NCBI GenBank assembly: GCA_009103225.1
Contig: RHPI01002262.1
Coordinates: 62,001-126,000, forward strand
DNA length: 64,000 nt
From: Chlorokybus atmophyticus
Taxonomy: Eukaryota > Plantae > Mesostigma and Chlorokybus algae
Direction of reading: 5' to 3'
Part shown: positions 1-13,660 of the stretch, in pieces
Numbering within the stretch: the stretch's first letter is position 1
Layout of the letters: each line of letters begins with the position of its first letter
Program-made: the position numbers and the translations under genes
The notes under the pieces: model-generated
What the model was told of the DNA's origin: nothing
The model's input: only the letters and a program-made list of their open reading frames with translations
Databases searched by the model: none

Positions 1-50
1 AACCGTCCCACAACCACAACAACAAACGCTGCGCAGAAACAACAACAGAC

Positions 51-83
<33 letters not shown>

Positions 84-533
84 GAGGCGGGTGGTGAGGA
101 TGAGTCACAGCGGCGGGAGGCCGCCGCCCAGGGGGATTTTGTGACCACTTGGGTGTGTTGGTGCGTGTGTGCGTGCGTGCGTGATGGAACAACGGAAGGA
201 GGAGGTTGTGATTGTGTTCCATGTTGTTGTTGTGGGTTAGGGTAGATACGTGTTGTAACGTATATGTATGCAGCTACCCGTCATTTAACTACGGGGTATT
301 ACGTAATAAAAGGAAAACAAGAACAACTGCTGTTGATGGAGGAGTCTCATATGCCGGACAAAAAGTGAATGCCAAATTGTTTCTTGGATAGAAAGAAAGC
401 AGAGTTGCAAAAGAATCCAGTCATAAACACAAGCAGAACCAACTCTGTTCAATGAGGCACACACACCCGCACGTGTGCACATGCATGCGCACACACACGC
501 GCGCGCATGCCAGCAAACACTTCAGCACTCTTT

Positions 534-1697
534 CTACCAGCTCTCGCTACAGTTTGTGTCCGGCAGCACCCACTCCAACCCATTCAGGCTTGCGTTCCCT
601 CCCACACTAACACACCCTTCCTCCACAATCTCCTTGAACCTCCGCGCGCACGGCGCATCCAACCCAACATGCCTCGCCACGCTCTCTCTCACGGGCCGCA
701 TCGCCTCTCTCACCCTCTTCATGGCGTACACATCACTCCCACTCTTCAACCTGTCCTCCTCCACATTCATCCTCGCATACGCATTGATGAACACATCTCT
801 ATCATTATCATTATCATACAAGCACGGGGCGCGTAGTTTGATGGCGTATAGGCGGCAGAGTGTTGCTGTGGGGTGTGGACATGTGGTGGTGTTGTTGTTG
901 TTGGTGGTGGTGGTGTTGTTATTGTGTGGGTGTGTTGTGATGAGGTGCGGGAGGGAAGAGAGTGGTGGGAGGAATGTGGCGGCCATGGCGGAGACGGCGG
1001 GGAGGGAGGAGAAGGACTTCATCAAGGAAGGGATGGCGGAGGAACCGAACTGCTCGCACGCCAACGCACACACCTGCATTTGCGTGAACAAAGGGTGAGA
1101 TCATCAACACCCGTTGTCCACACAAAGATACATAAACACGCGCATACCCGCATGCGTGCGTGCGTGTATGTGCACGTACGCCCGTACGTATGGGTTGTAC
1201 TGTTATGGCACATGCACGCACGCACGTGCACACACGCACAGGCGCTCATGGGCGCGTGTGTGTATGTATGCGTGCACGCGTGTAGGTGTCTATGCACACA
1301 CGCAACAACCCAACAACCGAAACTCAACCTCCCCCCTCACTCTCACCTGCGTCCTGGACAGTCCCCTCAGCAACCCCTGCAAGCACTCCGCCTCCATCCT
1401 CCCCACCCTCTTCCCCACAACCACCCTCTCCCACACCCCCTCCTCCCCTCCACCACACACCTCCCCCACACCTCGCACCCCCCTCTCCTCCTCCTCCTCC
1501 TCCTCATAGCCATACTCCTCCTCGCATCGGAGACACTCGCCCCAGGCGCGGGAGAAGAAGGCCAGGCGCTCCGTGTCGGAGGAGGTGGGTGTGGATGGTA
1601 GCAACAGTGTGAAGGGGAGGGTGGTGAGGCCCAGGCGCCAGGCGGCGGTGAGGGCGGCGGCGGTGAGGGCTAGCAAGGCCGCCTGGTGGGTCTTCAT
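534..1697 (-). CDS. Hypothetical protein with N-terminal hydrophobic anchor, at least 2 exons (1697-1347, 1073-534)
   Basis: ATG at 1697 (MKTHQAALLALTAAALTAAW). CAG|GTGAGA donor at 1347/1346 and GCAG|G acceptor at 1074/1073 join the ORFs in frame. No family recognised; the 3' end could be spliced further. Confidence 0.5.
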
Positions 1698-2022
1698 GGT
1701 GAGATGAGAGCGAGGGGTGTGCCTGCGGTGTGTCGATGGGCATGTTTTGCGTGCGTGCATGTGTGCAAGGCTTGGAGGAGGCTGGCGACGCCAAAGAAGA
1801 CATCACGCACGCACACCGCACAAAGATCATAGCAGCTTGCTTGATCGATCCAGCAGTGACCAGTACCTGACCTTTCACACTTACTGACCGCACCTCACCT
1901 GCTCAGTCAGATCCAAGCAAGCGGTACTTTCCCGCTTGCAACACGCGCCGGTGCGTATACCGATTGAGTCAAGCTTAACAACTAGAACAACCTGGTCAAA
2001 TGAACCTTATGCCGCCGCCGCC

Positions 2023-2046
2023 GCGTGCCACGTGGCACGCTGACGT
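2023..2046. promoter_or_regulatory. Perfect 18-bp palindrome with G-box core plus adjacent TGACGT in a bidirectional promoter
   Basis: GCGTGCCACGTGGCACGC (2023-2040) then TGACGT, between divergent ATGs at 1697 and 2228. Confidence 0.5.
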
Positions 2047-2227
2047 TGTCTGACTACGCTCCTCCTAATACAACAACATCCTCCTGCTTCAAGCTAGGGT
2101 TGGAGGCGCTCTGCCCACTGAGCAGCGGCGGCGGCGGCGGCGGCGGAGGAGGAGGAGGAGGAGGAGGAGGAGCATCGCAAGGAGTAGGAGAGAGGCTATA
2201 GCGGTTGAGAGTTGGCGCACAGCATCA

Positions 2228-4262
2228 ATGGCGGCAGATGCTGATGAAGGTGTGTTGTTTGTCATTTGGATTGTGGTCGTTGATGTTCCATGTGTACCAG
2301 ACAGAGACGGATATTTGTTGATGCTGATGCGTGGAGGCAGCTGTCGAGTCCATTTCTGAATCATACGAATGTTCTAGCGGTTATCTGTTGATTGCACGCT
2401 CAGACGCAGCAGTACCAACACTTACGGCACTGCCCTTGCGTTGTTTGCGTAAGACAGCCATGTCAATAACGACACGTTGTTCTGCGCTAATCAGGAGAGC
2501 CCTGTTGTCACCAGCGCACTCCTGGTGAAGGCATCATCTGAGTAATGTTGGTGACTGAGCATGACTGTCGACGACTAAGTGACCAAATGCTCGCACAACA
2601 CCGTGTTGCTCGTGTGTCGATCATCAACAGTCAACAGCACTGCCCAGTCACCATAATCAACAACATGATGTGTCAACATATACAAGCCTGAAACTGGTTG
2701 TCGCTGCACATATGCGCACAAGGCCGTACGCTCGCATACGCATGCACACACACTGGTCGTTATGATGCTGAAGCTGCATCTTCGCAGGCTCCTCCCAGAC
2801 ATCCACATCATCCACATCTTCACCCTCGCCACCACAAGCACCATCATCCTCCCGCGGGGCCGGCGCGCGCAAGAGCGTGGGGACGTTCCTGGCGGGCTCC
2901 ACCGCGGGCGTCGTGTCCGCATGCCTACTGCAGGTAGGACATTGTTGTGTGATGATGTTTGCGTGTACGTGCGGGTCGACCGCCGTCATACTCACAGGCT
3001 TGTGTAGCATTTTGTAACACTGTTGACATTCGTGCAGCCGTTTGATGTGGTGAAGACAAGGCTGCAGGCCCACGCTGCCCCGGGCCTACCTGGCAGGTAC
3101 GCATGTGTACGTGTGCGTGTGCCTGCAACACCCGCTTCTGGTGGTTGTTTGCATGAAGCTGAACACACCAATGACAGCTTCTCTATGCCACAGCGTGGAT
3201 CGTGGCGTGGGAGGGACGTTTCGCTTGATGCGCGCCATCGCCACAAAGGAGGTACTTACCTGTGCGCGTGCGCATGCGTTTGCGCGTGTGTCATTTCCAT
3301 GGCCAACAGGACAATATCATAAACAGGGGATAGGTGGGTTGTGGAAGGGTACAGCGCCGTCTGTGATACGCGTGGCCCTCGGCGCGGGCCTTTACTTTGT
3401 CTCACTGGACTATGCCCTCGCCCTCGCACGCACCCTCCACGCCCACGCACAGAGACGAACAACAACCCAACAACAAACTCAACTACAACAAGCCCAACAA
3501 CAACAACCCAACAACAAGCTCCCTGGCGCACTCACGATGGTGGCGGGCGCCTCCGCTCGCTCCTTTGCCGCCGCCGCGTTGTGTCCCGTCACCGTGGTCA
3601 AAACCCGCATGGAGTATGTTGGGTTGTCGTCCCCGACACGCGCACCACTCAACAACATGTCCACATGGCAAGCCCTGCGCTCCATCGCAGCCAATGAGGG
3701 GGTTCGTAAAGGCTTGTACGCGGGACTTGGGCCCACATTAGCACGTGACGCACCCTACTCGGCACTTAACCTCATCTTCTATCAACAACTCCAACACTAC
3801 CTCTCCACGAGAGTGACACAACAACAACAACATCTTCGAGGACTTGTGAACTTTGCGTCGGGGGCGGCTTCGGGTGCGTTGGCCACGTTGCTGACTCACC
3901 CACCGGACGTGGTGAGGACGAGACTGCAGTTGGGGCAAAGAGGGGGGGGAGCACACACCAACATGAGCATCACGTGGAGGGGGATTGTAGCAAAAGAAGG
4001 CGTGAGGGGTTTGTTTGCGGGCGTGGCCCCGCGCGTGATGAAGCGCGCGCTGCAAATGGCGCTCACGTGGGCCATGTTTGAGGAGCTTAATAGAGTCTTT
4101 AGTGGGGCTGAAAGAGGCTTTCTACAGTCGGTTGGGGACACGGATACGCGCACGCTTGCCACCCAACAACAACAACAACAGCAGCAGCAGCAGCATGTTG
4201 AGTCTGCTGTCACATCACAGGCTGTTTCAACGCCTGCTGCTGCTGCTGTAGAGCATAGGTAG
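2228..4262 (+). CDS. SLC25A38: Mitochondrial carrier, SLC25A38/Hem25-like (glycine transporter); exons 2228-2249, 2788-2933, 3038-3096, 3194-3251, 3327-4262
   Basis: Three carrier motifs PFDVVKTR, PVTVVKTR, PPDVVRTR; GLWKGT, GLYAGLGPTLARDAPYS and GLFAGVAPR are typical of the SLC25A38 subfamily; GT-AG introns keep the frame. Confidence 0.85.
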
Positions 4263-6001
4263 TGTGGGTTTGTTGTCTGTGTCCATTGCTTGTGGTTGAG
4301 GGTATTGGTGCAGAGGAGGAAGGCAGCAGTGGTCGGATAGTGATGTGTAGGATAGGTGTTGGAGATTGCATGTGTACTGCCATTGCAGAACACAAGCACA
4401 TTGTTTGCTAGATGATCAGAAACATATTGTTCCAAGTGGAGATTGCTGTCCGTGGCTGCTTCTTTATAGAGGGGAACGTGTCTATGCGTACATGAGAATG
4501 CGCACGTGTGTCTGTGTGAACGTCGCATCAGTATGGTACATGTAAACAGGCGTGTAGCTTCGCACGCATGAGAGGCACTCAGATATTGGCGCATTATCAC
4601 CAAGCACAGCACCTCACCCCATCCCCACTACTGTCACACAACAGGGATATAAGAAGTTAAAACCGCATCGTGCCATGAATCATAGGGTATAGCACAGGGG
4701 GCAACAAGCAACCACAGCAGCCAGTAGCAACGCAACCACAACAAAAGCAATAAACACCACCACAAACAACAAGCAACACAGAGCTAGCTAGCTACACCAA
4801 GGGGGCTGCTACCTATGTGCAATGTGTAGGCAATGCAGCAGGCAGTGGCAGTTAGGACAGATCTGCCAAACTACCTGCACAAGGTAGGGGGTAGGCACAG
4901 GCGAAGGTTAGGTAGTGCTGATAGGCAGGAGCGGACAGCAACGATGACAATGCCGATGACAAGCCGCCGCCGCTAGCAGCCTCTGTGGCCTGCTTTTACA
5001 TGTCGCAACACAACGGCTGCAGGCTAATAGCCGTTAGAGTTAAGGTGAGACAGGCAAATTCTGCATCATACAGTGTGCAAGCAGATGTGAGACTCCAAGC
5101 ATCATCTCCCATACGGTCATTACGGCCACACAACATGATAATCTCCATGATACGCCCCAACTGAGGTGATGGGTGACATGGCTGACAACACAGCAGCAGA
5201 AGCACAGAGTGAGCGCATAGGGGGAGTACAGCCAACTGCTTGAGCAAGTGCACGCCTTTGCAGCAACATCATCATCAGAAACACCAAAGAGAAAATCAAA
5301 GCGACAGAGCGCCATGCTAATAACAACAACAACATCTGAACCATGTATCCATAACTGCAAAAACCTAAGCTGCTAATACTAGTGCCACTACTGCTGCTGG
5401 TTGGACTAAGTCTGAATCGGGGGGAAGGGGAGAGATCAATTTATAATGTTGGAACTGCCAACTTTATTAGCAAGTGGAATATGCACTCCCCATCACCTCA
5501 CATGCCTGCCAATCCAACAAATAATCTACTACCCCAAAAAGCTGGCTGGCGGGAGCTTCAGGGAGGCTTCAATAAAGGGACCGTAATGGGGAATAATGGT
5601 CGTAATGAGAATCATCATCATTTAAGAATATGTCAGCGCAGGTGCCAGCTGGCATCCTCACAAGCGCGCTCTCCAACGGCTCCAAACAAAAGAACATACA
5701 AAAAAGTTGGTAATGAAATGGTAATAAAATGGCTCCTCTCTCTTTCTTTCTGCAATTCGCAGCAGAAGCGCAGGGACGCAGAAGGGGTAGGGGAAGGATA
5801 CACATACACAAAACCCAACAACATGTCCTCCTCTTCTCCTTCCTTCCTCCTCCTTCCGACTCTCACCCTCAACGCTCGACTGCTTGCGCCGCGCAAAACA
5901 ACAGCTACTAAACAGGCTCTCGGGACCGACCGAGGGCCTGACTGGCTTCTGGTAATGTGTGTATGTGTGTCGGTGGTGTCTATGTGGGTACATGTGTCGA
6001 T

Positions 6002-8462
6002 TCAAATGAATGCGTGGTGTTCCGAGAACAGTGATGGCGACTGCATCGGGCTGTAAGAGAGTCCGCTCCCTCCCGTCGCGTACGATACAACATGTTGTTG
6101 TTGTGGTGGGTGTTGCTGTGGATGTTGTTGCTGCATGTCCTCCCACGGCCTCCGCGCCCGCGCATCCGAGAACAGCGACGGCGAAGGCAGCGGGAACAAG
6201 TCCGAAGACTGCAACCACCACGCTGCAGACGAAGGCGTGGTAGCCACCTCATACTGTTGCTGTTGTTGCTGTTGTTGTTGTTGTTGGAACATATGCTGCT
6301 GCTGCTGCTGGTGCTGCTGCAGCTGGTGTTGCTGTTGCAGCAAGACTTGCTGCTGTTGGTGTTGTTGCTGCTGTTGGTGTTGCTGCTGCAGTGAGAGGCG
6401 CGCCAGCTCCTCTCCCAACGCCGCATCCGACATCCTCCTTGCTGATGACAATGTTGTTGTTGATGATCCTGATGATGTTGATGAAGCCAACATCATCTGG
6501 CGCATGACAGCTGCATCCATGGCCCCAACACTAAGTCTACGTGGGCCCACCACAGCCGCGCCCACCCCACGCGGGTGAAGGTCAGGCCTTGGCGGGAGGG
6601 CCGAGTGAGGTGTTGTGAGTAAGGACGGGTGCGAGTGGACGGCGTGTAGACCCGGGCTCGGGCTCGGGTTGGGTGGAGCGGCGAGTCCACGTAGTTGGGC
6701 CAACTGAGCCTGGTCGATGGACCCGCCAGGCGTGAGAGGCGCAAAGGGAAGCGCAGGCATATCGTCTAAAGACAGCGGCGCGGGCCTCTTCTTTGTCCAC
6801 TTCTCCGAGTTCACGCCGAGGTTGTTGTTGGAGTGGACACTGTGGATATGATGTGTCGGGGACGAGAAGGACGAGGGGAGAGAACGTTGGCTCTGAAGGC
6901 TGCCGGACGACGGCGACATAGGCGGGCGTCGCGAAGAGGGCGTGTGCGGGGTCACGGCCGGTGTGGGCGTGGTGGTCATGTTGTTGTTGTTGTCCGACAC
7001 ATACGAAGAGAATGTTGGTGACACAGGTGGTGAGAGCATAGAGGGTGAGCCCGCGCCGTCATCACTGAGGTCAAAGGGCAACATGCCAGGCGGGAGAGGG
7101 CGCAGCTGCTCAGTGCAGTGAGCAAAGAAGCACACGCGCCGTCGGCACCCGCGCCCGTCCTTGCACGGCTGCGTGCGGTAGCGTGACGGGTGCATCCAAC
7201 ACTCGAACACACCGTGAGCGAACTCGCACGCGTCCCCGCGCCGACACGCACCCTTGCGGAAGTCCGGACACGCCACACCACTGTAGTTGTACTTGCGCGG
7301 GTCACGACGCCTCGCCTTCTCACCCGGATGAGCAAATGGACACTCTGTCCAGTCGTGAGAGCGTGGACGTGTACACCTCCTCACCTGCGCATACACCCAA
7401 CATGTGACTATCACCTCAACACGCGACAACACTCAACAACCCAACAAGTACTCTACACGCGATTCAACATCCCACAACATACCTTGAAGTCGTACATCCT
7501 GAACTCGTCTGAGCTGTAGATGTCGTTGTCGTTATCGGTGGCCGTGCCGCTGTATGCACCCGGGCTCGGGAGAGACATGTGCGAGTGCGAGTGCATGTTG
7601 TTAGTGGAGACGTGTGCGTGAGGCTTGTCGTCTCCTCCTTGTACAGAGGAGCGCGAATGTTTCCTGTCTTGCACGAGCTCAAGCAGCTTCATGAGCTTCT
7701 CCTGCTGCGAGGACGCGTGGTTGTGGCTTTTGAATGAGTTGCCGCCGACGCCATTGGTGGAGGAGTTGTCCACGGCACGCATCATCAGGTCCAGCGGCGA
7801 CACGCCGTCAATATCCGCTCGCTTGTAGTCAGCACCCGCCCGCTGAAGCAAACCGATAGCCTGTGATCGACGTGGCCCTGCAAGCCACGCAAGACAACAT
7901 CAGCCCCCCACACACACATACTCTCACAAGCACGCGCACGCAGAGCACGCACCAATAACCAACACCTCATACCTGTGCCAGCGCACGCGCAGTGTAGGGG
8001 AGTCCTCAGGTCATCCGGCGACAAGTAGTTCGCCGACGCTCCATTGGCCAGTAGATACGCCATCACTTCCACCGCCCCAGCGTAGGCCGCGATCATGAGC
8101 GCGCTTCTCCTCGGCCTCGCGACGGGGCACCCCGCTGCCGTGGCCACGTTGGCGCACTCGGCCGCGCAGTCTGCCGCCACGTTCTCGTTCTCTATGGCCC
8201 ACTTGGCGTTGTCGAGCTCGTTCTTCGCGGCCGCAGCTAATAGAGAATAAGCTGTCACTGTGGGGGGTGGCATGACGGCGGCGGGGACAACACCGTCCAC
8301 GGGAGGCGAGGTGCTGCGGATGTTGGGACTCTTGCCTTTGCTCTCCAACCCATCGAAAGTATCACCTAATGACTGCGGCAATATGACATCATACATTTTG
8401 ACAGGCTCCTTCATCTCCTTCAAGTCCTTGGGCGATGCTGCCTCGACCTTAAGCATATCCAT
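6002..8462 (-). CDS. Ankyrin-repeat, arginine-rich tandem CCCH zinc-finger protein (plant RR-TZF); exons 8462-7973, 7860-7483, 7384-6002
   Basis: Ankyrin motifs ([26 protein letters not shown]); [11 protein letters not shown]|[30 protein letters not shown]; two CCCH fingers; poly-Q C-terminus. Confidence 0.92.
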
Positions 8463-9340
8463 CACAACAACGCCCACAAACAGCGTGTTACCCTTGCGCC
8501 ACTGCTAGCTTCCACCTAACAGGCCGACAAGCACTTGATCGGTCCTGATAATCTTTGTGAGGCTTTGCTCGCAAGCATCTGGAGTAAGAGTCAACGCACG
8601 TGTATGAGCACCTACTGTTTAAGAATATAGCAGTACGCAGCATGCTGGCAGTAAGAAATCGCACCTGGCAGACACCCCAGTGGAGTCACTCTGAGGGGAA
8701 TGCTGGAAAGGTGGGTTTCTAGTGTTTCAAGTGGCTGTGTTGTGTGGCAAGGAGGCCTGCAGACGAGAGCGGAACACAACATTGAGCATGTGGTTGAGAC
8801 CAAAGGGCCCCAATGCAGTGCTAGACCAGATCTACGCCAAGGACTGGGACTGCCTTGCCAAGTGAATTGGCTCAGTTCAATTCGCTATGAGCCATCTCTA
8901 GCAAAAAGAAACAGCAAAGCAGACGTAGAACTCTTGTTGAGCCATGCTGCTTCAAGCACACGGGCATAGACCTGCCTGCAGCTATGGCAGAGGCACTCAC
9001 TCCTGCAGCCTAGCCAGTGCAGACAGCAACGTGCTCTCAAGGCAAGATCTTGCTTTCAACACGCACAACCACGATCCTCACCCTGTGACTTCACACACCA
9101 AAGCTCCTCCTTTCCCTACCGCCGCCGCCGCCACCGGCTGCCGCCGCCGCCGGCCTCTCAACCTCTCTTGGCCATGAACACAGCCACTGTGATCTGCACC
9201 CAGTGACTTGATCTCCCCACCCCCTGACCTCAGCCCACCTCCGCCGCCTAGTACCACGCCTTCTACTACTACACCTCACCCCACAACCCACCTCTCCTGC
9301 CTCTCCTCCCCGCCTGCCGCCGCCGCCGCCGCCGCCTGCT

Positions 9341-9350
9341 GCCACGTGTC
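9341..9350. promoter_or_regulatory. ABRE/G-box (GCCACGTGTC) upstream of a putative non-coding first exon of the TZF gene
   Basis: Motif seen directly. A possible 5' UTR intron runs from donor G|GTGAGG at 9280/9279 to acceptor TTAG|G at 8516/8515. Confidence 0.3.
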
Positions 9351-10935
9351 AGCCCTTGACCGCAGCGCAGAGGAGAACAGTTGCGGCAGACAGACCAGTC
9401 TTCTAAAAGCTCTCTTAACCGGGTCCTAAAAGTCACGGCACGGGGCGTCAAACCCCACGTCAATCTAACCGAGGACTTGCCCATGTTGAACGGCCATCAG
9501 AGTGGTATGCGTCTCATCAACGGCGCACAACGACCCCCCGCCAGCCCACGGTCAACACCCCCGTCAACCCTTGATCAGCCAAACAGCATAGCGTGCCCCC
9601 TCGCCCCATTCACAACCGGACAACAGCCTTAGCCTCTGTACTTTAGCAACGCATTGCAGTACGTGCACAAGGGTGTTTGGTTGTTAAGCAAGCCGGTTTC
9701 GTGCGTCAGTGTCACTGAGGACCGGTAACGGGCGGTCTTTGCGGCAGGGATAAAATCTTTTGTCAGACGCGGCCTCTGACAAATAAATCGGGATTCAGGG
9801 CAAGGTGGTACGAGACCTTGGTGTAACGCGCCGTCGCACGATGAACCAAGAGCCAGCGGCCCAATGGAGCGCGATGCATCTATCTAGGTCGCTGACAGGC
9901 GGAGAAAATGATGCATGAAAAGGGGCGCGACAATAAGCGATATTCATGTATTATAATCCTGGAAGGCGGCGGAAGAAGCCGACCACCACAAAACAGATCA
10001 GGCGATCGAGGCCTTTAAACGGGGCGGTGGAGCAAGGCCTACCGTAAGATGAAAATTATGGGTCGCGACCGGTTGGCGACCCGTTCCTTTGCTGTGATAC
10101 GAGATTCATCTGTCAGTGGGCTGATTCAACAGATGCATGTGTGGCACCGTGCGCATGACTCACAGCTCACGTTAGAGCGACACTCCTGACTCACACAGCT
10201 CATGATTCATTCACTTTATGCGCGCAGGGCCTGCGCTGCAGGCAACATTGGCAATGATTTCGCTGTTGCACACTCCTTGCGATGAGGTTCATGAAGGTAT
10301 TGAGCACCAGGGCTCGGAGCACTATTCGGTAATCATGTGGGCTTTAACATTTAGTTGCGGTTTATTGACATTATGAGCTGTTTAAGAGGCGCCATGTGCC
10401 CCCGTCACAACACAAATCTTCCATGTTGTTTCACCTTTAGACCGTGGTTCCCTCATGATATGAAATAAAATCCACTTCGCTGTTGTAAAGCGCATTTCAG
10501 TTGAATGCAATGCAACATACGTGAATGTTTGAGCATGGACAACAATAACTATGGATAGTAACATTAATAGCGCACACCCATGTACGCACATGCTTTTTGC
10601 GCGCGCGCGCGCGCGCACACATGTACACATACTTTTGCACGCAATTTCGAACACCACTCCGACGTCCTCTTCAAGTAGTCACATTGCAACAACTACATTT
10701 ACGGGTTCAGTTCTACAAGACAATATGATGTATGTGCAAATATTGCAAAACATGCAGGAGTAGCAGGTATGGGATATGGGACTAACGCAAATAAAGGCTG
10801 TGTCCCAAACTTCAGGAAGCGCAAAAGAGAGGAGAGAAGAGCACACAGGTGATCAATCTCGGTTTTAATTTGCAGCTGCAGCACCAATGATGACGACATT
10901 GATGACAACGACTATAGCAGTGCGCCGATGCCCCC

Positions 10936-10951
10936 NNNNNNNNNNNNNNNN
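10936..10951. other. Assembly gap within a poly-C tract
   Basis: Run of N flanked by C homopolymers. Confidence 0.98.
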
Positions 10952-12432
10952 CCCCCCCCCCCCCCCCCCCCCCGCGCGCAGTTGACAGCATGCAATAACG
11001 GTTTAAGGTAACACTATCATAGTGTTCCCTTAAACCTATAATTGTGCCTAGAGGTGTCATCATGATTGGTCTTGAATCCGCACCTCAAAGCACAATTGTC
11101 GGTAAGTCTGAATTTGAGTTCATGTAAGAGCAGCATCACGCTGCTCTTATATGAAGTTAATGCAAGATTGTGCCAATATAAATGAGACATGCATCGTGAT
11201 GTCACCCACGGTGGGGTGTTGATTAAACACACGAGCCAACAATAAGTCAATAGTCACAAATGTTGTACAAGCACAGCATCCCGTCAATAACGTATGTGGT
11301 GATGAGTGGCACTCTTTATAACAGCGACTTTTGCTACCCTAGCTAAAAGGCTAAATACATGTGCCACATTACTAATGTGTTGTTAGTAGTATAGACGATC
11401 ATTAGAGCTTAAAACTAAAATAGCTAGCAATCAGTTGCTCTCAACTGCTACCAAACATATACTTATATGTGGGCGTGGTTTGCTTATCCAAAACTCCAAC
11501 TGATTAGTGTCTTTTTCATTATGCAAAACATGCATCATGTCTTTGACATATCTGCAATATCAACAAAAACAATTATGTGGCAACACTGGTAATGATTTCG
11601 CTTTGCCACGTCACTTTATGTGATGAGGGTTATGAAGTTTGTTAAGTGCCAAGGCTAAGTGCACCACCGGGCAACTCAATCATGCCGGCCATCAATGTTT
11701 AAGTGAGCTGTTACCAGGCGCCATATGGCTCAAGCCCCCCCCCCCCCCCTTAAGATTTATGTTAATCATAACATAAATTGCCTTTCACTTTTGAGCAGTA
11801 TTATTGGCAAGGTATCAAACGACATGCATTGGTTATTATGGTATTCACCGTAATTGAGGGTAATATTCATTAGATGAGGTTGGGCTGAGCACAAGCTTGT
11901 GCTGATTTCAAACGACAACACGTCACCATGATAAAACAAACAGCGCGCACACACGTAAGCACCTGCATTTGCACGTTAATGCGCACACGCTCGCACGCAC
12001 ACATGCGCACTTGTATGCGCACGTGCAACAAGTAGCATCGTACGTACACACACACGCAGACACATTCGCACACGTTCGTGCATACATTTGCAAACGCGTG
12101 TGCACACGCGCATGTAACACCAATTTGCCTTCACATACAACATGCCAGTGCCTAATAATGTAACTGTGCACACCACAAGGCAATGCACAATTGCTGCACA
12201 AGCTACAGCAATGCTGCCAAGCACAATACTTAAGGAACTGGCCAGCTACAGCTCCCGTTTATTAAGAAGACCTTCTCTTCAGCAATCAGCAATACTCTCC
12301 AGCTCCCAGCAGCACCTCAGCACGAACCTTACACGGGAGAATAGTAAACTACCTTAGTAAAAAGGCCCCTTAACACCTAAGCCAGGTACCCCCGTAGTAT
12401 GGCATACATACAGCGAGTAGCACATGGCAGAG

Positions 12433-13660
12433 TGTAACTCTGTGTGAACTCTGTGTGAAGTTCACATAAAACTGGAACTTAATAGAGTTCCAATTGAGCG
12501 TGAACTCTGCCGGGTGTGGCTCGACTTGATTGCAATCAAGTCGAGTCCTTAGCACCATGCTAACCGAGCCTTAAATACTTCCCTCAGTTGCCTTCCCTCC
12601 TGGTCACACGTTAGCTAAGAGACTTCGAAAAATTGAATGTCTTGGCCACGTGTGCCGACCTTGGTGTTCGCTCTTGGCCGCACAGGTCTTCAGTTGTGAA
12701 CAACATGTGCCTCTTGTACGTGTACACTCATGTGCACATCTTCGGACTTTCAAAACCTTGTCACATCGCGTGGCATGCACACTGGCTAGCTCTATGCATC
12801 AGCATATCAATGTAGTGTACAGTTCCACTTGTCCATGACTTCATGAGCTCAAGGATGGACTGTATGAGTGAACCCCTCAGGTATTGCACACACCCAAAGG
12901 GCTAGCCTTTCACACAATCATGCTGTTAACATTGCAGCCTTTAAGTTAACGTGACTAGGCCTTGCCTGTTAGGCGTGACATTCCTCCCCACTTACTTTGC
13001 AACCAACGTCCCATTGCAACCCAGGTTAGATTGGACCCCAATCCGCACGAACCGAAACAGAGGTGATCCAGCCCTGCCCGCTAGCCGCACTCCACATGTT
13101 AAAGTAGTGCACATCGTGGGAGTAATCAACCATGTATATGTAAATGAGCTGAAGATGATGGTAGTCACCGAGGAGTGCGATGTCAACATGTTGCACGTGT
13201 TCATAACTTTGCCCCTATGGATTTGCGTTCACTCTCAAACTCTGCTACCATGTCCGCACAATTGAACATGTTAGCCTCAGGCTCCTTAATATTGTGCTCT
13301 TTGCCACAACCATGCCACTCAAGTATGTATTCAATTTTAAAGGACTTCTTGTACTCTCTAATCCGCTCTTGCAACTCATACTCTGCATCACCTTCAACCT
13401 CAATTGGAGGAGGAGGATGTAATGCACCATCACTCTTCTATGGTCTCAGCAGTGACACATGTAATACATCATGTAGCTGCATCATGCTTCAAGCAAAATG
13501 CTTTGTCACCAATTGTTTCAGCAAATGGTCCCAACCATTTGGGTAGTAACTTACGAGGAGCTGTTGTCTTAAGCTTAATGTTCTTGGAGTTCAACATCAC
13601 ATCGTCTCCTATTCTGGAACTCTCACCAGGGTTTTGATGCGTATCAGCGTACATTTTAGC
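12433..13660 (-). mobile_element. Truncated, degenerate Ty3/gypsy chromovirus: integrase C-terminus, chromodomain, PPT and 3' LTR
   Basis: Minus-strand KLLPKWLGPF and PPPPIEVEGDAEYELQERI...IEYILEWHGCGKEHNIKEPEANM. PPT AAGTGGGGAGGAA (12993-12981) abuts TGTCAC at 12980, mirroring the intact element. The LTR end at 12433 (GTTACA) is tentative. Confidence 0.75.

Noticed and set aside
10931-11749. Poly-C tracts as transposon termini
   Set aside because: Same-strand homopolymers, one at a gap; no TSD.
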